From NCBI GenBank assembly GCA_043818055.1, contig JBDRGF010000035.1, forward strand, positions 1-12,331: a stretch of DNA of 12,331 bases. Direction: 5' to 3'. Source of the stretch: Pseudomonadota bacterium (GTDB taxonomy: Bacteria; UBA10199; 2-02-FULL-44-16; JBDRGF01). The position numbers were made by a program, and so were the translations under genes. The notes under the pieces were generated by a model. The model was not told the DNA's origin and ran no database searches. It worked only from the letters and a program-made list of their open reading frames with translations. Shown piece by piece: positions 1 to 6,560 of the stretch (the first letter of the stretch is position 1; the number at the start of each line of letters is the position of its first letter).

Positions 1-115
1 TGTTTATGACCGAATTGAACTATTTAGCAGGTAATATGAATGGATTTTCAAAGTGGGTTTGAACTCGATACCGTTAAGATCATTCTGCCATCTAGAGTTT
101 GCACGGACCGGGAGT

Positions 116-152
116 GTCTAAAAAGTTAGACTGTGAGTCTAGACTTTTAGAC
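116..152. promoter_or_regulatory. Two tandem palindromic sites GTCTA-N6-TAGAC (116-131 and 137-152); putative upstream activator sequences for a sigma-54 enhancer-binding protein
   Basis: GTCTA-AAAAGT-TAGAC and GTCTA-GACTTT-TAGAC are offset by 21 bp (two helical turns). They lie about 100-140 bp upstream of the predicted sigma-54 start site (~254), the usual position for bEBP sites. Confidence 0.75.
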
Positions 153-198
153 GTTTTTGGGAGGCTCCAAAAAAGTGTGTTTTTATAATACTCAATAA

Positions 199-211
199 TA
201 TCAACAGGTTA
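199..211 (+). promoter_or_regulatory. IHF binding site
   Basis: TATCAACAGGTTA is an exact match to WATCAANNNNTTR. It is preceded by an AT-rich tract and sits between the palindromes and the -24/-12 box, as is canonical for sigma-54 promoters. Confidence 0.75.
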
Positions 212-227
212 AAGAAAAACAACAAGT

Positions 228-243
228 TGGCATGAAGATTGCT
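228..243 (+). promoter_or_regulatory. Sigma-54 (RpoN) -24/-12 promoter
   Basis: TGGCATGAAGATTGCT matches TGGCACG-N4-TTGCW with one mismatch and has exact GG-N10-GC spacing (GG 229-230, GC 241-242). Predicted TSS is ~254. Confidence 0.85.
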
Positions 244-413
244 ATGCGCAAGACAAATGTTGATTGACTATTTTCTTTATGCAATGATAAATGTATGGAT
301 TTTTTGATATATTTTTGAAACTATTAAGGTGCCCTCTTAAGTTATTGATTGGGATAATGCAATAAGAAATTGTATATTAGAATTTCTGGCACCAAAACAA
401 AAGAATTAGGCAT

Positions 414-1754
414 ATGATAGAAAATGTAGACAGAAAGAGTATAATTAAATTCGCATTTCCACTTATTCTTACAGGAATGTCATACATTATGATGACTACT
501 GTCGATGCAATTTTTGTTGGTAGGTTGGGTGTTTCTCAAATTGCTGCTGTAGGATTGAGTGGCTTTCTTATCTGGGCGTTCTATAATTTTTTTACTGGGA
601 TTCCACTCAGCGTTAACACTTTTGTCTCACAGCATTTTGGTGCAAAGAATTACTCTAAAACAATTGTATCGGTTTATAACGGGATGCTGATTATTATTAT
701 CTCTAGTTTGCTATTGTTTTTCATTCGCATATTTACACCAGAGATATTAAAACTCATGAAACCTTCTCAAGAAGTACAAAAAATGGCTGTAATTTATACT
801 CAGATGCGATTAATGGGTGCGCCATTTTATCTTGCTAACTATGTTTTTGCCTCGTTTTATCGTGGAATAGGTGATAACAAAATAATATTAAAAATTAACA
901 TTGTAATTAATATCATCAATATTTTCCTAGATTATATTTTAATATTTGGTTTCAGTGAAATAAAGGGGATGGGTATTAAAGGAGCTGCCATTGCAACTGT
1001 TATAAGTCAGCTGATCGGCACATTAGCATATATTGTACTATTTTATAAATTTAAGTGCGAAGAGAATAAGAATTCAAATTACAAATTAAGATTTGATTCA
1101 TCTGAATTAGTTACTTTGGTAAAAGTAGGATTTCCTCGTGGCTTGGCTATGTTTGCGGAGCTTTTTGCAGCTTTTGTCTTTGTTACACTGTTAGGTCGAC
1201 TAGGCGATGCACAATTAGCTGCTAGTACCATAATGCTCCAGATAGTTCTTTTTTCAAATATAACAGCACTTGGTTTAGGGCGTGCAGGGGCATCTTTAAT
1301 AGGCCAATTTATAGGAGCGAAACGAAAAGAAAGTGCGTATAAAAGTGGTTACTATTCAGCAGAGATAAATTTTACATTTACAGTGATGTTTTCTGTACTT
1401 CTTATTATAAATTCAAAAAATATTTGTTCAATTTTTAATACGGATCCTAACGTAATACTTTTTTTTGATCGAATTGTAGTTTTTGGAGCTATATTTGTAT
1501 GTTTTGATGGTCTACAAATCATAATGAATTATTGTCTTGGCGGAGCTGGAGATACAAAATATCCCCTCTATATTATCTTAGTTGTAGCTTATCTTATATT
1601 TATACCCTTAGTATATTTACTTGCGTTTCATTTTGAATACGGAATATGGGGTGCATGGTTAGCATCGAGTATATTTATTGTTTTGTACGGTACGCTTCTT
1701 TTTTATAGATTTGTAAAAAAAAGATGGCAAATGATTAATTTAATGCCTGCTTAA
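414..1754 (+). CDS. MATE family efflux transporter (NorM/DinF-like)
   Basis: 446 aa with about 12 hydrophobic segments in two similar halves. MATE-typical motifs: FAFPLILT, VDAIFVGRLG, VSQHFGAK, RGIGDNK, NIFLDYILIFG..MGIKGAAIAT, GQFIGAK, GAGDTKYP, GIWGAW. Confidence 0.95.
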   Translation: MIENVDRKSIIKFAFPLILTGMSYIMMTTVDAIFVGRLGVSQIAAVGLSGFLIWAFYNFFTGIPLSVNTFVSQHFGAKNYSKTIVSVYNGMLIIIISSLLLFFIRIFTPEILKLMKPSQEVQKMAVIYTQMRLMGAPFYLANYVFASFYRGIGDNKIILKINIVINIINIFLDYILIFGFSEIKGMGIKGAAIATVISQLIGTLAYIVLFYKFKCEENKNSNYKLRFDSSELVTLVKVGFPRGLAMFAELFAAFVFVTLLGRLGDAQLAASTIMLQIVLFSNITALGLGRAGASLIGQFIGAKRKESAYKSGYYSAEINFTFTVMFSVLLIINSKNICSIFNTDPNVILFFDRIVVFGAIFVCFDGLQIIMNYCLGGAGDTKYPLYIILVVAYLIFIPLVYLLAFHFEYGIWGAWLASSIFIVLYGTLLFYRFVKKRWQMINLMPA

Positions 1755-2003
1755 TAAGCTATATCATCCTATGAAAAATCTATCATGGAGGCCCCAATGG
1801 CTATTAGACAAAAAGGAATAGTGAGCTTACCCAGAATATTACATATAAGAAAGCAAATATCATTTGGTTCAAATCACATTACTCCTAGCGAAGATGGAAA
1901 AAAGCTCAACCGACAAAAATTTTATTTAAATACTAATTGTTTTTGGCGTCAAAGAAATGGTGATCGACATGAAATTCGTAATGGCATAGGGGAAGGAGTT
2001 TTA

Positions 2004-2888
2004 ATGTCACAAGGAGAGGATGCTTATAGATCTGCCCATAATAATAGTCAGTCAAATGATGGTACAGAAGAAATTGGAATGTTCAAACAAGTAATGAATC
2101 TCGAATTACAGGTGCTCATGGAGAGACACTTAAGATTACAAGTAGACATATCATTAGACACACATCGCAGCTTTCTGCATCAACATGGGATTGAAAATTG
2201 CGAATCTGTTCTAGATGTAGGAACTGGCACTGGATACTTTTTATCACGATTAGCTACTTTCTATCCTGCAATCAAGTTCACTGGAATTGATTTTAAAGTT
2301 GATCTTATTAAGCGTGCTGAAACAATCTCTGAGGAATTGGGCGTTGAGAATGTTTCATGGATACATGACGATATTAACAATATGCAATTAGATAATGCTA
2401 AAAAGCAATTCGATGGCATACTTTTACGTTTTTCTGCAGTTCATATTCCAAAAATTGATAACACATTGAAATTGCTAAAAGCAATGCTACGTCCTGGTGG
2501 AAAAATTTGGATTATCACTGTGGATTTAGATCATATGTATAGTCAGCCTGAGCATAAGGCTTTTGAATTGTATAAAGAGGGTACTGAAAGGTTATTCAGG
2601 AAACTAGGGATGGATTGTCATATAGGTGCAAAGCTTCCTAAAAGATTGGTGGCTGCTGGTTTCAACAATGTTACACAAGAGTTAGATCCAATGTCTAATA
2701 GAGACTCTGATGATATACGTTCATATCAGCAATTCATGTTAAACGAAGCTAGACTATTTAACTATTATGATTCTGAAGCTATTACGCAAGCTGATTTAAA
2801 AATAATTGGAACTTTTGTTGAAAACACAGTCCCTAGGTCTGATTTTTACTGCACTTATGGTTGTGTTATGATTGCGGCAGAAGGGTGA
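2004..2888 (+). CDS. Class I SAM-dependent methyltransferase
   Basis: Motif I VLDVGTGTG, an acidic residue after beta2 (TGIDF), post-II FDGILLRFSAVHI, and LRPGGKI. ATG 2004 has AAGGAG at 1993-1998 and is the preferred start (294 aa). The frame is open from 1785, with an alternative RBS-bearing ATG at 1797. Confidence 0.9.
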   Translation: MSQGEDAYRSAHNNSQSNDGTEEIGMFKQVMNLELQVLMERHLRLQVDISLDTHRSFLHQHGIENCESVLDVGTGTGYFLSRLATFYPAIKFTGIDFKVDLIKRAETISEELGVENVSWIHDDINNMQLDNAKKQFDGILLRFSAVHIPKIDNTLKLLKAMLRPGGKIWIITVDLDHMYSQPEHKAFELYKEGTERLFRKLGMDCHIGAKLPKRLVAAGFNNVTQELDPMSNRDSDDIRSYQQFMLNEARLFNYYDSEAITQADLKIIGTFVENTVPRSDFYCTYGCVMIAAEG

Positions 2889-2895
2889 TTTTACT

Positions 2896-4878
2896 ATGAG
2901 AGTTTTACTGATTCAACCCCCTCAAAGTCGACCGGAAAAATTAATTTATCTTCCGCTTACCCTACTTACTATCGGTACTGAGATAGCAAGTGTGAACAAC
3001 GAAGTCCGAATACTTGATTTCAATCTTGAATTGCATCGAAGACAACAAATTTTTGATAATAGCCAACTTTCTATACTTGACAGACAAGTATCAGAATTTA
3101 AACCCTCAGTCATAGGATTAACTGCTTCATGTTTTAACCTTCCTATTGTTTTCTATATAATTAAATATTTGAAAAGAAAGTATAAAAACATACAAATTGT
3201 CCTTGGCGGGCCTTATGTTTCATTGATTCCGAATAAAGTTATGTCAGTGTGTCCTGAAATTGATATTGTCGTCATAGGAGAGGGGGAAATTACTTGTAGA
3301 CAATTATTCGCTGACACCAAACTTTCTCTTCAAGACGTGCAAGGTATAATTTATAGAGATAATAATAACGATCTTCATTACAATAATAGTAGAGAGTTAG
3401 TAGGCGATTTAGATCAGTTACTACCTCTCAATTACTCGCTTGTCGATATGGAAGCTTATGCTAATCGAGGAGATGCTTTATATCGCACAACATTTTATGA
3501 GATAGGAAGAGGATGCACATATAACTGTTCTTTTTGCTCAACATCTAAAATGTGGGGAAGAAACTATAGAGTTAAAAGTATTAAAACAGTAATTAAGGCA
3601 ATAAGGGAGCTTAAAGAAAATTATGGAATAAAGAATTTCGATTTTATTCATGATAACTTACTTATTGATTCGAACTATGTGAAACTATTATCCAACACCC
3701 TATTACAAGAAAAATTAAATGTGAGATGGAGCTGCACTGCAAGAGCTGATGGAAATTATGTTGATTCACTTAAATTATTATACGAATCAGGTTGTTATAG
3801 ATTGGTAATGGGCATTGAAACTGCTTCCTCTAAATTACAACATGACATTGGAAAAAGATTAAATACATGCAAATCATTGAATGTTATTAAAGATTGTATT
3901 AAATGTGGATTGCAAGTTTCTCCAACGTTTATGGTTGGCTTGCCAAATGAGTCAAATAGAGATTTTGAAGATACTTTAAAATTGGCATTACGTTGTCGAC
4001 TAGCAGGTTGCAGTGGACTTCAAATTCACAAATATTTACCTCATCCTTCAACAGCTCTTTATGAAAAGAACAAAAATTCAATAGTTAAGCGAAAGCATCA
4101 TCATTACTTCATGGTTTGGAATGAATTATCTGTACCACTTAATAATTTAATACTTAAGCACCCTGACATATTTACATCATTCTTTCATGTTCCAGCCGAA
4201 TCAGGAAGTGAAACGTTTCTTCACGATGCTGAGTATATATCTTATCTCTTGATTAACCATTTTCCTCGCACACTTTTATTACTAACACAGCATTATAATG
4301 TTTCATTTACTACTCTAATAAAATTATTTCAGGATTTTGGTATTACGGGCCATACTTTATACGCAATTAAAGAGCTTGAATTATCTACGATTCTTGAAAA
4401 AATCCTATATACCTATGATAGTAAAATTAGTGCTGATAATGTTTTTAGCAATATTTTAAAATATGAAAGTACAATTCACCTTATACAGATTACCGGGATG
4501 GAAAAAGCCAGAGCAAAAAACACTTCAAATATTAGCTCAGAAAGAGGACAGTATTATTTGAATAATCTGTTTAATACAGCTTCATTTTGCTATGACATTG
4601 ATGTGTTAGTTAAAACCATTATTAGTAACAGAGCAAATAAAATTCAAGAATTGGTTTTTCCAGTTCATTACGCATTTGTTTTCTGGAAGGGAACAATTGA
4701 AATATATGAAATAGAAAAACATATTGTAATGATTCTAGCGACTTTGCCATTAATTGGCACACGCGATGAATATTTATTGTCAATTGAAGAGCATGGGCTA
4801 TCAAAATTTGACTCAGTGGAACTCTTCAAAGTCTTTCAAGCTAATCACGTAATCAATTTAAGGGAGGAGGCATTATGA
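2896..4878 (+). CDS. Cobalamin (B12)-binding radical SAM enzyme with C-terminal extension; putative RiPP maturase
   Basis: N-terminal B12-binding fold pattern (RVLLIQPP..LPLTLLTI..VRILDFN..PSVIGLT..IVLGGPY..DIVVIGEGE). CxxxCxxC motif GRGCTYNCSFC at 3514-3537, followed by FIHDNL, W-C-ARAD, MGIETAS and FMVGLP. ATG 2896 is preferred over 2872 because it follows AAGGGTGA and the domain begins there. Confidence 0.92.
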   Translation: MRVLLIQPPQSRPEKLIYLPLTLLTIGTEIASVNNEVRILDFNLELHRRQQIFDNSQLSILDRQVSEFKPSVIGLTASCFNLPIVFYIIKYLKRKYKNIQIVLGGPYVSLIPNKVMSVCPEIDIVVIGEGEITCRQLFADTKLSLQDVQGIIYRDNNNDLHYNNSRELVGDLDQLLPLNYSLVDMEAYANRGDALYRTTFYEIGRGCTYNCSFCSTSKMWGRNYRVKSIKTVIKAIRELKENYGIKNFDFIHDNLLIDSNYVKLLSNTLLQEKLNVRWSCTARADGNYVDSLKLLYESGCYRLVMGIETASSKLQHDIGKRLNTCKSLNVIKDCIKCGLQVSPTFMVGLPNESNRDFEDTLKLALRCRLAGCSGLQIHKYLPHPSTALYEKNKNSIVKRKHHHYFMVWNELSVPLNNLILKHPDIFTSFFHVPAESGSETFLHDAEYISYLLINHFPRTLLLLTQHYNVSFTTLIKLFQDFGITGHTLYAIKELELSTILEKILYTYDSKISADNVFSNILKYESTIHLIQITGMEKARAKNTSNISSERGQYYLNNLFNTASFCYDIDVLVKTIISNRANKIQELVFPVHYAFVFWKGTIEIYEIEKHIVMILATLPLIGTRDEYLLSIEEHGLSKFDSVELFKVFQANHVINLREEAL

Positions 4879-4925
4879 AGCTAATTGAAGTTGTAGCATG
4901 TGAAGCTGAACAACCAATTGCCTAA
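4875..4925 (+). CDS. 16-aa peptide MKLIEVVACEAEQPIA; putative RiPP precursor or signal peptide precursor (not in ORF track)
   Basis: ATG 4875 overlaps the rSAM TGA stop (ATGA overlap). A strong SD GGAGGAGG lies at 4863-4870. The ORF ends at TAA 4923-4925 and is followed by a perfect hairpin. Confidence 0.75.
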   Translation: MKLIEVVACEAEQPIA

Positions 4926-4939
4926 CTGAAGGAGATACA

Positions 4940-4970
4940 GAAGGAGCGCTTCATGGTGAAGCGCTCCTTC
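4940..4970 (+). terminator. Perfect 14-bp stem-loop; terminator-like or mRNA-stabilising hairpin
   Basis: GAAGGAGCGCTTCA (4940-4953), loop TGG, TGAAGCGCTCCTTC (4957-4970). No U-tract follows, so it is not a canonical intrinsic terminator. Confidence 0.7.
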
Positions 4971-5001
4971 ACTCCCTACCTAGTGGGTATCGACATTCTT
5001 T

Positions 5002-6555
5002 ATGTACAAAAAAATTATTATTATACTTATATCTTCACTACTCTATTCTACTTTTTGTAATGCCGCAACATATGTTTCACCTATGCCAAGTCTCAATCTA
5101 GTATTGGATCCAGTTAAGGCAGCAGAAGGATTTAGTTTTCTAGTGATAAATCAAATGTGCGATCGTTTAGTCACATATGATGAAAAATTAAATATTGTTC
5201 CACAACTGGCTAAAAAATGGTCCGTGAGTAATGATGGGCTCACTTATACTTTTGTATTGCGAGAGAATGTTTATTTCCATGATGGCAGGTCAGTTAAAGC
5301 TACCGATGTTGTCTGGTCCTTAACTAGAATGCTTAAACGAAGCTCAGTAAAGTTCCATGAATTATCTTACATTAAAGGTGCAGTAGAGTATCATAATAAT
5401 AAAGTTAAGACTGTTACAGGTATTCGAGCTAAGGATAATGTTACGATAGAAATAGAATTGACAAGACCATATCCACCCGTTCTATCTGTATTGTCAGCTC
5501 CTGGTGCAGAAATTTTTCCTAAATTGAAGGACGAAAAATCTGAAATGCAATTTTTTAAAGCGCCAATTTGCGCTGGTCCTTACCGACTTATTAAAAGAAC
5601 TAATAATCTAATAAAATTAGAAGCGTTTAATAAATATTATGAGAAGGCTGATCGCACAGAGTTTATTGAATTTAGACTTTTAAAAAGAAAGGATGCGATT
5701 CAATGTTTTATAGATAAGCAATGCCATGATTTACGATGGTATTTTATGGCACCTGATGAATTGAGTGGCGATTACAAAATTGAAAAATCTGAAGTCGCGC
5801 ACGTAAATATTATTGCATTCAATGCTGCTAGATATCCATTCTCTGATCCTAATGTGCGTAAGGCGATTACTATGGCAATTGATCGTGAAAAATTAAGGAA
5901 ATTATGTTATCCCGATAAAAGACAGGCTCATGGCTATATTCCTACAGGACTTGGAGGGTATGATTTGCATGCTAATGAAATACAATTTGACCCAGTGAGA
6001 GCTAAAAAGATTCTAGAAAAGATAGGTTTAAATAAAAGCGTTCTTAGAAGAAAATATACATTGATAAGAATGACAAATTATATGTGTCAAGATAACTTTA
6101 AGAAGTTTATCGAGACGTCGTTGGGCAAAATTGGTTTAAACGTTGAGGTAGTGCATGTTCCACCTGATATGTTTGTAAATAAATATCTCTATCCTCGTAA
6201 TTATGACATGACTAATTTTACAATGACCTCGGATTATTCTGAGGCCTATTTTCTGCTCAATTATTTTAGAAGCAATTATCCCTCAAATTACACTGGCTTA
6301 AAAGATGAAAAAATTGATAATATGCTGGATGAGTCTACTAAAGTCGATAATAGATATGAGCGTTATAAAATATATCGTAATATTCAAAATCGCTTATTAG
6401 AACTCGCTCCAATAATTAATATGTATCATGATATATGGGTAACATATTATCAGGGTAATATTGTAGATTATCAAAATACTTCATTATCGATATACAATAC
6501 ATTAATTAGAAACGTTAGGTTTATTGGCAGTGAAGACAGAAACTTACTTAAATAG
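5002..6555 (+). CDS. Family-5 (OppA/DppA-like) extracytoplasmic solute-binding protein; orphan (no permease or ATPase in the window)
   Basis: Signal peptide MYKKIIIILISSLLYSTFCNA-A. Family-5 signature LDP..DRLV.YD..IVPQLAKKWSVSNDGLTYTFVLRENVYFHDGRSVKATDVVWSL, plus PICAGPY, FN..YPFSDPNVRKAITMAIDRE and NYTG..DEKIDNML. Confidence 0.93.
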   Translation: MYKKIIIILISSLLYSTFCNAATYVSPMPSLNLVLDPVKAAEGFSFLVINQMCDRLVTYDEKLNIVPQLAKKWSVSNDGLTYTFVLRENVYFHDGRSVKATDVVWSLTRMLKRSSVKFHELSYIKGAVEYHNNKVKTVTGIRAKDNVTIEIELTRPYPPVLSVLSAPGAEIFPKLKDEKSEMQFFKAPICAGPYRLIKRTNNLIKLEAFNKYYEKADRTEFIEFRLLKRKDAIQCFIDKQCHDLRWYFMAPDELSGDYKIEKSEVAHVNIIAFNAARYPFSDPNVRKAITMAIDREKLRKLCYPDKRQAHGYIPTGLGGYDLHANEIQFDPVRAKKILEKIGLNKSVLRRKYTLIRMTNYMCQDNFKKFIETSLGKIGLNVEVVHVPPDMFVNKYLYPRNYDMTNFTMTSDYSEAYFLLNYFRSNYPSNYTGLKDEKIDNMLDESTKVDNRYERYKIYRNIQNRLLELAPIINMYHDIWVTYYQGNIVDYQNTSLSIYNTLIRNVRFIGSEDRNLLK

Positions 6556-6560
6556 AGATT

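Noticed and set aside
2..34. Possible 3' end of an upstream gene (VYDRIELFSR*), faintly like the end of a Fis-type HTH of an enhancer-binding protein
   Set aside because: Only 10 codons are visible and another frame is also open to 62. It cannot be supported without upstream sequence.
291..365. 24-aa ORF MYGFFDIFLKLLRCPLKLLIGIMQ in the predicted 5' leader
   Set aside because: It has no SD and no supporting features, so it cannot be distinguished from chance.
385..400. Second TGGCAC (possible sigma-54 -24 box) near the MATE start
   Set aside because: There is no GC at the -12 position (TGGCACCAAAACAAAA).
2872..2895. Track start of the rSAM at 2872
   Set aside because: It overlaps the methyltransferase 3' end. 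ATG 2896 has an SD-like sequence and coincides with the start of the B12-binding domain.
4622..4804. 60-aa minus-strand ORF
   Set aside because: It is an antisense shadow within the rSAM gene with no motifs.
4953..5060. 35-aa ORF MVKRSFTPYLVGIDILYVQKNYYYTYIFTTLFYFL with AAGGAG upstream
   Set aside because: Its SD and ATG lie within the 14-bp hairpin and it overlaps the SBP start out of frame. It is probably incidental.
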